DNA of 62,991 nucleotides, the filler included, from Nemertoderma westbladi (lineage: Eukaryota > Animalia > Xenacoelomorpha), in the NCBI GenBank assembly GCA_032718475.1. It is 3 parts of 3 records of this genome, joined end to end, with 100 filler letters (N's around TTAATTAATTAA, not from the genome) between each part and the next. Parts side by side here need not be neighbours in the genome. Positions count along the whole stretch, not along the records: positions 47,711 to 62,991 come from JAUCBJ010003443.1; 2 more parts are not named here. One strand, written 5' to 3'. Positions 50,414 to 62,135 of the stretch are shown one piece after another. Position numbers and translations under genes: made by a program. Position 1 is the stretch's first letter. Every line of letters starts with the position of its first letter. A model generated the notes under the pieces. That model searched no databases and was not told the origin of the DNA. It worked only from the letters and a program-made list of their open reading frames with translations.

Positions 50414-51721
50414 AAGTAACTCTTCTATCTTAATTATGCGTACATGTATGCTTTTATTTACACCTTTTTTCTTTTCATATAGGCAAAAGCTGCATGGTTG
50501 AAGAACTGAATATTTACAGTAGACCAGCGCAGCAGGTCACTGCTGGAGAGGCTGGAGCGACGAAATAATTGGAACCAAGGAACCAGCTTGGTTCCACATA
50601 TTTTGTATAAAACCAAGGAACCTATATCAATTTGGCCTATTGCAAGGTAAGGCCAAAATATGGTCAGAAATATAATACCAGCCTGTGATGAACAAATAGT
50701 GGCTGCATGGCTTTCTGGCTGTAAATATGTTAACAATTTTTGGCTGTGCTCCAGCCAAATAGTTACCAGTGTACAAAATTTTAATTATAATTAGGCCTAT
50801 AATGTAATCTAATACACTACCGGTAATATAATATGGTAGCTAGTAATTTTGATTAAAAAAAAATATATTAGCTAATGTCTCTCAGAAGGTGGAATTTATG
50901 TTCTAGAACAAAAACCTCATGATAATTGTCATTAACATTTTCAAAAATAAATTGGTCAACAAATTTGGTACCCGAGTCACAGTAATACGGACTAATACCA
51001 ATAACTGAGATATCAGAACTTATATTTGAATCATTTCGATATATCGAATATGTAATCAAAAACGCCATCAGAATCGTTTTATTCAGCCAGGGAAAATTTA
51101 CCTCCCAATGAAAAAGACATTGTCCCAGCCCCAGAGGTTCCATCTCCCCCCACCTAGAAGGGAGGAAACGGCCATAGCTGTAGAAAACAGTATTTCTGGT
51201 TCATTAGAGGGTTCTTTGCTTTTTGTATCTTTGCTGTAATTTACGTACTGGTGAGTCTATGTAGTGATTGGCAAAATAGGGGAAGGAAAAGTGAAAGAAG
51301 ATGAGATCCTGAGGGTTAGGCCAGACTGGGATGGTTATCATACAACTCAATGGATAGGAGAGACCGAGGGAACTGCTAGTAGTGAGTTATAGAGTGATAC
51401 AGATACAGAGTGAGTACAAAACAAAGACTCAACACCCAATTATAAAGACCTGTATAATCATCTAACATGTGTTAACTTTCGTTTATTGTTTTGGTTCCCC
51501 CAACACGCCTCAGTAACGTGCTCCTTTACTAACCCGCTCCTTTAAATAGCAATGGGACTTATCGCTCTTATGGACCTAGCGCGACTTCACCTCTTTGTTT
51601 TGTACAGAACAGGCTTGGGTCTTTGTTTTGTACTTAACCGGCAGATACATGTTGGTGGTTTACAATTGCAATACAGCAGAGATAGAGAGAGAGGATAGAT
51701 TATGGAGCTGGTAGAACATAC

Positions 51722-53125
51722 GGTATTACTACACCTTGGGTCACACCTGACAAATTTAATTATAAGCATGTTTTATAGTGTTTTAAGCATACTGTAACAA
51801 TAGTAATTGAATTCTAGAATGTTTTATATTTATTATAACCACTTGCACAAAGTGCATAACTGTCGAATAACAGTACTTTGTCGCTATGAGTGATGTTTCA
51901 CGTCATTCACATTTAAGATTGTCGAATGATTTAAATGTAAAGGAAATTGGTGCAAAATTATGCTCTGAAGAGAATGCAATTAACTATGCACAGTCATCCG
52001 GATTGTTACCTTCTGCAAACGCTGAATCAACATGTAAGTCAGAAGGATGTACTTATAGTGCATACATTTGGAGGAGAATGAGATATGGATTTCCTAGGTT
52101 GACCTGGCGCTGTAGGGGACCTCACAAACATCAAAGATCAGCTCGTGAAGGTACGTGGTTCAGTTCGAGTTCTAATTTGCTTGTGGAGCAAATTTTCTGG
52201 ATCATGTTCTTTTTTATAATCAACATGTCCACTAGAGTCACACTACGATTGCTTGATGGACTGGTAGGAAAGTCTATGACTAAGATAGTGGATTGGCAAA
52301 ATTACATTAGAGAGCTGTTCACAAAAGACGAAGATAACGCTGAGCTAATGGGGGGAGTTGGGGAAACAGTACAAATCGACGAATCATTGTTTCGTGGAAG
52401 AAGAAAATATAAACGTGGGCGAAGACTTCTAGGAGACGTACCTTTCAAAAAGCGTAATCGAAAGATAAAACATAAGGTTGTAGGAACTAGATCTAACAAT
52501 TATGGTACTATGGTTGTTGGACCCTGGATTTTTTGCATAGCTTGGAAGCGACCGGATCGAGAAGTAGATGTTAGAATGTTCATAGTTAAAAGAAGGAACA
52601 TGAGAACCTTGCGTCCGATTCTAGAGAGCAATGTCAAAGGTGGTACAACGATATTTAGCGATGAATGGGCTGCATACTGCGGCAAAACTGTTGGGATAAC
52701 TAGCAAACGTTTTCCATGGAAAGCCTGTGATGGTAGCGGTAAATACTTCCACAAACACGTAAACCACAGTAAGAAGGGGCGTGGTAGATTCGTAGACCAG
52801 ATCTCCGGAGCGAACACGCAACTTATAGAAGGATTATGGGGATATGCCAAACTTATGATAATGAAGCAACGGAAAGGCACTAGATTGAATTTACTTCAAA
52901 GTCACCTAGATGAGTATTGGTGGAGGATGCTTCACAAATGTTCACCGTTTAACGACCTTATTGAATTAGTAAAGCAAGAGTATCCAATTATCTAACTGTT
53001 AATATACATTCTAGAACATTATCTATTTATTAATATACATTGTAGAACAATATTAGTATTCTTAAATAACCTATTTATGTATTAAAAAAAAATTTCGTAG
53101 GTGTGACCCAAGGTGTAGTAATACC
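51722..53125 (+). mobile_element. Complete Merlin (IS1016/ISXO2-like) DNA transposon, 1404 bp
   Basis: Perfect 27-bp TIRs GGTATTACTACACCTTGGGTCACACCT (51722-51748 and 53099-53125). Perfect 8-bp TSD GAACATAC (51714-51721 and 53126-53133). Confidence 0.95.
51886..52995 (+). CDS. Merlin/ISXO2-like DDE transposase, intact, 369 aa
   Basis: N-terminal Cys motif (C....C...WRC....S.R.GTWF), VQIDES..GRRKY.RGR, GTTIFSDEWAAY, H..VNHS...FVD..SGANTQ.IEGLW and LQSHLDEYWWR. Confidence 0.93.
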   Translation: MSDVSRHSHLRLSNDLNVKEIGAKLCSEENAINYAQSSGLLPSANAESTCKSEGCTYSAYIWRRMRYGFPRLTWRCRGPHKHQRSAREGTWFSSSSNLLVEQIFWIMFFFIINMSTRVTLRLLDGLVGKSMTKIVDWQNYIRELFTKDEDNAELMGGVGETVQIDESLFRGRRKYKRGRRLLGDVPFKKRNRKIKHKVVGTRSNNYGTMVVGPWIFCIAWKRPDREVDVRMFIVKRRNMRTLRPILESNVKGGTTIFSDEWAAYCGKTVGITSKRFPWKACDGSGKYFHKHVNHSKKGRGRFVDQISGANTQLIEGLWGYAKLMIMKQRKGTRLNLLQSHLDEYWWRMLHKCSPFNDLIELVKQEYPII

Positions 53126-56100
53126 GAACATACATCCAATCAGGTATTACCATATCCTCCTCATCTAACAGCCATCCCAGACCTATGGAAGAAGATACAT
53201 TAATGATGGGTACTAAGCTTATATACAATTGGTATTTGTCTCGGGATAGGTGTCTCTCTTTAAACAATATTTACAAGGTCGCAGCAAGGTTGACTCGATT
53301 TCTCCATGTTTTGAACAGAAAAGACGACACCGAAGCTCGTTCACGTCATTAACTTCTGACATTCATGTAAGGCAATAAGTATTATGCATAAGTCAGGTCC
53401 AAGATTAGCTGATATAGTGTTTATGTTACAAAGCGTTATTCTACTTAGAGATCCACACTTTTGATAAACCTGGTATTTCAGGACATCGTTTTCATCCCTT
53501 GTAATGTATTTGAGTTGGTTGAAGGTCATGATGGCATTGATTTGTGTCCATTTATTGCCGACACCCTCATTATCATCTCGAATATGAATGTCACATACTT
53601 GAACCAGTCTTTGACGTTTGCTATTGGATACCCCCCCCCCCCCCACCATCCCTTTCAGTGAAACCTGCCTCTGCACTTATGTCTACATTATTCTTAACCT
53701 TCCAACACATGTTAATATTCATCATTGGCGAACATTGGCAACTATCAGAATCGTATCTAGAGATTTAGAAAGTTTTATATACCAATTATATCGCAGGTGG
53801 TCAGATATTAATGACGTGAACGAGCTTCAGTTTCCTCTTTTAATCTCAAAAAGTGGAGAAATCGAGTCAACCTTTACTGCCACCTTGTAAGTATTGTTTA
53901 TACACCTATATATCAAAAGCCAACTACCAAGCGTATATTTTGAAAAAAGTTTAGTATCCATCATCAATGTACCTTCTCCCATAATACTGTAGGTCTGTCT
54001 GTTAGATGAGGGGGATATGATATACCTGATTGGATGCATGTTCTTCCAGCTCCATCATCAATCCTCTCTCTCTCTCTCTCTGCTGCATTGAAATTGTACT
54101 ACGTCATGTAAACCACTAATGTATCTGCCTACAAAATAAACTTCATTGCATTGAGTTGTACAAATTCAAGTAATGCACCAAATGGAAGGAGGCGGAATTG
54201 GAATGAACTGATGCACTTGACACCTCAGATGATGAAGGTGATTTCTAATACAGCAGTAATTGTATCACATACATTACCTACTCGACTAAGAATTATCTAT
54301 TTGCTCGGATGACATCATCGCCTACCAATTAAGAATACGTACATAGGCCTACATAATTATGTATTTATTATTAAATAAAGAGGATTTAGTATTCAAAATT
54401 GTTATTATCGATGGAATCATCTTTGCAGAAATCATCTAGCAACAATTATGATAAATATATAAATTGAAGTGAATATACTAAAAGAACTAACCTCTCTTAT
54501 GTGGTAGGTGTCAAGTCATTTAAGTTTGTGTCATATCGGAGTCATCTTCAATTGCATCTGTAGTGGTAGTCATGGTAACCTGTGAAGGAGTGTTGTCTGA
54601 AATGCCATTTAAATGTCACTTGTCATTTTAAAGTGATTTGTAGTCACATCTTGATTGTTTTTTATTGACATAAATATTTGTTAAAGTCATTATTTTGAAA
54701 CAGAGTGGAATGAGATTAAAATGATGAAAAATAAAAATATTTCAAACATGGGTATATCTTTGGAACCATATATCACCGTTATAACAAAACAGGTTTAGCT
54801 CTCAGTATACCAAAATTTTCCAAAACTAATATTCAATAAAATGTGGTAATTTGTTTTTAAAATAATGGTATTGTTCTAGAATGGTAGCTATTTTTCTAAA
54901 ACTTGTCAGTTTTCATTTAGCAGCGTTCCCAGGGTAACAATAATTATATTCCAGAATTGTATGTCATATTTAGAATTGTAAGACCAGTAGCTATCTTTTT
55001 CAGAAGATGCGATGAATTTATATTGAGTTATTAGAGTACTACAGCATGTTTGTTGTTTTACCATTTCCATGACAACCGGTGATTACACCAAGTCAGCTAC
55101 CGATTCAGATTTGTTATCATATCAAAATGAATGGCCAGAAGCTAGGTCTTCCCAAAAATATAAGTTCCGGGTGGTTGCCAAAAAGTATCCCCTATGCTGG
55201 CTGGCCCATGGACTACCTGGTTAGATTCGCTTTTCTCTCTTTCTACATTTTCCTTGAGGACCATGTAATTCATCCTGGATGCTCCAAGTTCAAGAACAAG
55301 CGTTATTATGCTCTTTATGCTCTGTTAACTGTGAGGAAATTTGTGATGAAGATCCCAACTGGGTTATGTGTGATTTATGTCTGAAGTGGTACTGCGGGGG
55401 GTCAGTGGATGAAGAAACTTCATATAGATAATTATAAAACTGTCTTGAGTCTGATTAATTTATTCATTATTCCCTATTCAGTTGGTCCATTATTATTTTT
55501 TTATTATTTTTCATAGGTCCATTAGGCCCTATACCTATTCAATATATATATATATATATGCATTGGCCGATAAGGGCCAGTGCGAATATATAACTTTTGA
55601 GCATACCCAACAAACTTGCTTAGATGTAAATGAAATACTAATATGATCCACTAGGGGGCTCTAATTAACAAGTAGTGAGGTATGGCCCTTCCAGAACTTT
55701 TTTCCTTCTAAAATATATTTTGAAATAGCAATAAATACCACGAAGTTCCACGCAGTGGTGGAAGAAAATAATTGACACAATGGCTCTAATTATAGAGTTT
55801 TCTTAAAAAAAAAGTGCAAAAATGCAGAATCTGATAATTACATATGTTTCTACTCAACGAATTTCCCTGAAATAAATTGAACAGCAATAATTATTGATTC
55901 ATGAATAATTATTATAACTTTTGTTGGGCACAGCTTAGCAAAGTCGAGAATGACGTCCAGATGGGATCGAAGTGGTGACCGCCAGTTGGGCGCTCGTACC
56001 ATTCCGCTAGCGGCTCAGGCAAAAAAAAAAGGTAGACCTTGAAATACTACCTAATATACCTAGCTCCCATCTGTCAAACCATATCTGCAGCCACTATATT

Positions 56101-57145
56101 CGATTCTTTGTTATTATGTGTTTCGCCGTCTCTTGTACTTCACTAAACTGTGCCAAACGGAAGGTTTGATAATTTGCACAAATACAACATGAATACACAT
56201 GAATAATTATGGAAACTTGATTCATTTAGCGGCCACTACAGTTTAACAGAACATAGTTTGAAAGCTAAAAAACAATGAAATATACTTTAGGATTACAATG
56301 TTGCATGCTATTTAAGGTATGTATGGTATGGTATATAACTATGCTATGGCATGCTATCGTCCGACCCTTAGTCTTAGGGCATGCTACAGTTTATGTTTGG
56401 TTTGCTGATATAAGATGTATGCTATGCATGCTATGATAACTAATTGTAGATGTTATGTTAGGTATGTATCCTAACATTTCACGACTACTAGAAACGATAT
56501 TCTAGTGACAGGAATATAATCCATTAGCAGTTAGTATTGAAAACACTTCAGCCTTACAAACTCAGTATGTGCTACATTATTATAGCCATTATTTATGTGC
56601 CTCTATAAATTTCATTATTATTCTATATATATAATATTGTTATAGGGCCTATTCTATATTTGTCATTGTCTCGACCAGCTGAATTATTATATAGTTATGC
56701 ATTATGTTATGTATGTATGCTATGGTATTATACTATGCTATGCTATGATTGCTATGCTATGCTATGATATGACATTTCCTTCATTGCGTGTATCCAATGG
56801 GAGATTTGTCTTGAAGGACCCAGACCAATTTAAATGGCCCTTAGGAACAGTGTCTACTGAGGGCCATTTAAGTGGCTCCAATGAGACATTGTCTTGAATG
56901 GGCCACTTTAACTTTTTACCCTTTTTACACCTTTAACCCTATTCATACCGGAAATAATAATAAAAAATTTACTCTTATTAGCATGCTTAAATTCACATTT
57001 TTAGGTTTTCTGGGGCGCTGATTATAAATATTCCAATTTCTTGGGAAGTTTTTTATTAAAATTTTGTTATTAGTTTTGTTTATTATTAATTTGGCACACA
57101 CCTCCGAAAAATACAATTTGAAATGTCTAAAGCCGTATGTATTTA

Positions 57146-58282
57146 CTAGAGACGGGCCTAGCGGCCCGTGAAGCAAGTCGTAGGGGACAGTACGAATCAA
57201 GTAAAAGCTTTTTGTTCTGTCTGATAATAAATTAGTGTGAGGGTAGTCCTGGTGGTGTACGAACATTTTTCTAGACAACTTCAAACTATAATTATTATGT
57301 TGTAATCATCTAATGAATTATAAAAGCTGTTATGATTATAGAAGATAGATAGCAGTTAGCGAAATGATTATTTTATTCTATCGGATAGAGTAGTCGGAGT
57401 CTCAGAGAGGAGTCGAGGTGTCAATTGATTAATAACAACAACAGCAGTTGTCATGAATTCAATACAATCACGCACATGAAGTGATAAGACAAATTCGTTC
57501 TTATTTTTGTAATAAATAAAACAAGTTGAGATGTTTCAATGTAAACCACAATTAACAATTTACACTGTTCAATGTAAACCACGATATTAATTAAATATAA
57601 CAATTATATTATTATTATAACAGATTTTTATATTTCAAACAATAATGTTAGCCTTATGGAGAATCATTTTGAGGCTGAGTAAATATTCAGCCTTATAAGC
57701 ATACAGCCTCCACAGTATTAATGTTGGCACAAAGATTTCAAAATAAAACAATAATGCGATGAGAGCATATTACAATACACTGTGTAGCCAACACACTGTG
57801 TAACTAACAGTCATTTAGCTTGCACGCCAATTAATTAACATAGTAAGGATGCTTTGGGAAGAGTTATTCAGCTGAAACTGTAATAGCCAGTTAAACAAAT
57901 TAATGTTTGTTTACTGTCTGGGTTGTATAGTAGAGTGATAATAAAACTTGGCAGAGAAAGTACTTCTTTGTTAGTTGGCCTTCCTATTGAATGCATTACC
58001 AGGCCATCTCTATACATTTTTCATGAGTGCCAGCTGGTGTTTTATCATTGCGCCTATGGCAATTTTAGTGTTTTGGGGCTATTTTTCGAAATAAAACAAG
58101 TTGAGATGTTTCAATTTAAACCGCGATTTCACAAGTACCCTTAGAAATCCATTTTCATGGTCCATGCAAAATTTCATCAAAATCGTTAGAGCCGTTTTTG
58201 CTCTAGGTCAGTAGTCAGTAGCCAGTAGCCAGTAGCCAGTAGCTTTTTTTTCTTACAGTAATCAAGTCTAACGACTTGCTAA
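57146..58282 (-). mobile_element. Non-autonomous rolling-circle element (HINE/DINE-like), copy A
   Basis: Minus strand: 5' TTAGCAAGTCGTTAGACTTG (subterminal IR plus partial IR), a microsatellite, 3' ACGACTTGCT, hairpin ACGGGCC-GCTA-GGCCCGT, terminal CTAG. Flanked by A|T with no TSD. Confidence 0.75.
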
Positions 58283-58380
58283 TTCCAATGAATTTAGAAC
58301 CAACGTAAAACACATGTAATGCGAGTAACAAGATATAGAAATCAATTCGTATCTATTGCCATCTAGGGCCATTTTACATA

Positions 58381-59479
58381 CTAGAGACGGCGTCAAGACG
58401 CCGTTAAGCAAGTCGGAAGTCATCAATCAAATATAAATTCCCTCAACAATGTTTACCTATGGTCAGAATGGAAGGGCTATTTACCTATGGTCAGAGAGAG
58501 ATCCCACTCTGTAATTTGGCAATTGCTCAAATTCATTCAGTTGAATGGCACAGTAGAGTGAACTAAACTAAATTCCCTCAACAATGTTTGGCTATGGTCT
58601 GAAAGAACTAACAGTCATTCAGCTTGCACAATGTCAATCACCTACAGTATAAAACATTTAGAATGCCACAGTGTGTATCCTGATACAGATAATAAGCAGT
58701 GATATATTTCAAACTATAATGTTAGTGTTAGCCTTACACAGTATCAGTATGAGGCTGAGTAAACATTCCACCTTATAAGCATACTGCCTCCACAGAATTA
58801 ATGTTGGCCGAAAGATTTAAAAATAAAACAATTATTATTATAAATACAGTGCAATCCAATAGTACCCAACACACTGTCAACACTAACAATCAATCAGCTT
58901 ACACATAAATTAACATAGAAGAGAGAGAGTAACCTTGTAGATCGCCATAGAATGCATTGGGAAGAGTTATTCAGCTGAGGCTGTAATAGCCGGCTAACCC
59001 AGTGAATGATTATAAAGTTGGCACTGTATGTACTTCCTTGTTAGGTGGCTCCCTATAGAATAGCAAACCAACCAGTTGATGTTTGTTTGCAGAGAGTGGT
59101 TGGTAGGGCCTAAACAAACAGTATGGGTGTACTAAGTACAATAATCTTGGCAACCTCATCGATTTATTACTAACATTTTGTGTAGAAATGCATTACATAA
59201 GCCATTTTTCATCAGGACACCAGCTGTCATGGGTGATATTTTACCATTGCGCCTATGGCGTTTTTTTCGTTTATCTCTATTTTTCGAGCCCAGAGGCTAT
59301 GGACGGAGTAGCCGATCATGCCAGGGACCTTAGAATCGCGGTATCTAGATGCTGTGAAAATTTCATCAAAATCGTTAGAGTAGTTTTGGCTGTAGGTCAG
59401 TCAGTCAGTCAGTCAGTCAGTCAGTCAATCAGTCAGCCACGAGCAATTCTTACAGTAATCAAGTCTAACGACTTGCTAA
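58381..59479 (-). mobile_element. Non-autonomous rolling-circle element, copy B
   Basis: Same terminal 30+ bp as copy A (TTCTTACAGTAATCAAGTCTAACGACTTGCTAA), (CAGT)n microsatellite, shared internal blocks, hairpin ACGGCGTC-AA-GACGCCGT next to CTAG. Interrupts a 90-bp-repeat-like unit (GGGCCATTTTACATA|TAAGTGGCTC). Confidence 0.75.
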
Positions 59480-59480
59480 T

Positions 59481-59830
59481 AAGTGGCTCAAATGAGACAT
59501 TGTCTTAAATGGGCCACTTCCTTTTAAATGGCCCTTACAAACATTGTTTACTGAGGGCCATTTTACATTTAAGTGGCTCAAATGAGACATTGTCTTAAAT
59601 GGGCCACTTCCTTTTAAATGGCCCTTACAAACATTGTTTACTGAGGGCCATTTTACATTTAAGTGGCTCAAATGAGACATTGTCTTAAATGGGCCACTTC
59701 CTTTTAAATGTCCCTTACGAACATTGTCTATTCACTACTGAGGGCTATTTGATATTTAAGTGGCTCAAATTGGACATTGTCATGAATGGGCCACTTCCTT
59801 TTAAATGGCCCCATTGTCTAATGAGGGCCA
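59481..59830. repeat. 90-bp tandem repeat (~4 units); related units at ~56800-56910
   Basis: AAGTGGCTCAAATGAGACATTGTC recurs at 59481, 59571 and 59661, with a diverged unit at ~59758. Confidence 0.9.
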
Positions 59831-59989
59831 CAATCATTAATATAGGAATTGAATTGCCGTAATACAATAGGGTAGTAACAACCCCCCCCCCCCCCCATAA
59901 GCGTGAGCGCAACCAATTTGACTGAGGTGGAACCTGACAAAGACAAAATTTTCACCCCTTTGCGAATCCCCTAGTTTATAATACAAAAC

Positions 59990-61200
59990 ATTCCTTGATT
60001 TTGAAGATACAGAGATTTGAAAATATGAAATGGCCCTTAAACCTAAAACAAATATATTAAATGGCCTTCCAAGGAAAACACATCCATGTTAGATTGTGTT
60101 CATATTGTACAGTTAAATTACATTAAATTTATTAATAGTGGCCCTAACAAAATATAAAAATATAAAAAATGGCCCTAAATTTACAAAATTACATTCCTAA
60201 ACTACAATCAGAGGTGCGACGCTGAATGTGGCTTCTACTAAAAGGCCCGTGCTCCACTGGTAACTCATAAGGTTAGCACGAACTTAGTTCCAATCGCACA
60301 TTTTCAAAGGCGAACTTATGTAGTTCCAATTGAAACGCATTTAGTTCCAAAATAAATTTTACAAAGCGAACTTAGTTCCAATCGAGGCGAACTTAGTTCC
60401 AATCCCAGAATATCAAAACGAACTTAGTTCCAATGGAAGCGAATTTAGTTCCAATGGATGTGAATTTAGTTCCAATGCATGCGAATTTAGTTCCAATGGA
60501 AGCGAATTTAGTTCCAATGCATGCGAATTTAGTTCCAATGGGTACGAACTTAGTTCCAATGTTTCAATCGTGGGGATAGCTACGTGGGTAGCACGAACTT
60601 AGTTCAATCGCACATTTTCAAAGGCAACTTAGTTCCAATTGAAACATTTAGTTCCAAAATAAATTTTACAAAGCGAACTTAGTTCCAATCGAGGCGAACT
60701 TAGTTCCAATCCCAGAATATCAAAACGAACTTAGTTCCAATGGATGCGAATTTAGTTCCAATGGATGCGAATTTAGTTCCAATGGAAGCGAATTTAGTTC
60801 CAATGGGTACGAACTTTTTTCTCTAGTTATTGGAACTAAGTTCGCCTAAATTGGAAATAAATTCGCCAAAATTGGAACTAAATTCGTTTCCATTGGAACT
60901 AAATTCTTTTCCATTGGAACTAAATTCGCATGAGGCTTAAATTGGAACTAAGTACGGGGAATCGTAATTGCCAATTGCCAAATTATATTTTCCAATTGGC
61001 TGCAATATATTTACTGTAAATCTAAAAGGTCATTTTATATATTTTGATAGGGCCACTGTTAATAAATTTAATGTAATTTAACTGTACAATATGAACTCAA
61101 TCTAACATGAGTGTATTTTCCTAGGAAGGCCATTTAATATGTTTGTTTTGGGTTTTAGGGCCATTTCATATCTCTGTATTTCTAATTCAGGGAATATTCT
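59990..61200. repeat. Foldback structure: ~200-bp inverted arms around a ~21-bp repeat array (GCGAAYTTAGTTCCAAT) that itself flips orientation at ~60830
   Basis: 59990-60190 is the reverse complement of ~61015-61200. Inner forward units lie at 60277-60815 (with a ~310-bp duplication) and reverse units at 60830-60955. Confidence 0.85.
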
Positions 61201-61829
61201 AAGGAAATCTTGATATCGCACTTCAATTGGGATTTTGGTGGATATTATTTATTATATAATACAATAACTGCTGTAAACAACGGTATGGGAGGTATGAGGG
61301 GAGGGGGTTAACTATAATATGCTGAGCCTGATATAATCTGAAATTTACAGGTACAGAGATTATAAATGCACGTTTTTGTATGGAAAATGTGCCTGAGCTA
61401 GTATTATGCACCTTAATTATTACTATAATGATTGCCAGGTATCACGTCAAAATGATTATAAAATATGAAATATCGAAGGTTTTAAATTTTGTGAAATTTA
61501 AAACTGCATATAAAAAACTTAAAAATCTGCATATGGATCATTTTCTCCCCAATGATGCAGCGCAGGTTGTATTATAGTATTGATTTCACAAGTTTCAGCT
61601 TAACGTATCATAAATAACGAAACTGGAGGAGAATTTCACTTTACTATTATTACTTACTTTTATTATTAACTTATAAGGCGATGGGCAAATGGCAAGGCAA
61701 GCAGTAGAAGCCACCTTTGCCTCACATCTCTGATTGTAATCCCAATTATCCTTCCCCCTGCCTTTTCCGTTTGACACATGTCTGTCTCGCCAGTCTATTT
61801 CTGCCAATAGACATCAATAAAATTAATTT

Positions 61830-62135
61830 ATGAATTTAGGGCCATATTTTATATTTTGATATTATAAAGGGGCCACTTTTAATAAATTTAATATAATTAA
61901 CTGTAGATTATGAACTCAATCTAACATGGGTGTATTTTCCTAGGAAGGCCATTTAATATATTTGTTTTAGGTTTTAGGGCCATTTCATATCTTTGTATTT
62001 CTAATTCAGGGCATATTCTAAGGAAATCTTGATATCGCACTTCAATTGGGATTTGGGTGTAGACCTATATTTTTTATTATATGATACAATAACTGTTGTT
62101 AACAACGGTGGCAAGTATGGGGGGGGGGGGGGGAT
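61830..62135. repeat. Direct duplicate of ~61030-61310
   Basis: Shared TATGAACTCAATCTAACATG, GTGTATTTTCCTAGGAAGGCCATTTAATAT and ATATTCTAAGGAAATCTTGATATCGCACTTCAATTGGGATTT. Confidence 0.85.

Larger units (their letters stand above)
51640..54129. repeat. Old foldback inverted repeat (arms ~51640-53360 excluding the Merlin, and ~53800-54129) into which the Merlin inserted
   Basis: Removing the Merlin restores GGCAGATACAT...TGGAGCTGGTAGAACATACATCCAATCAGGTAT...AAGGTTGACTCGATTTCTCCA...GAAGCTCGTTCACGTCATTAA, which is the diverged reverse complement of 53808-54129. Confidence 0.8.
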
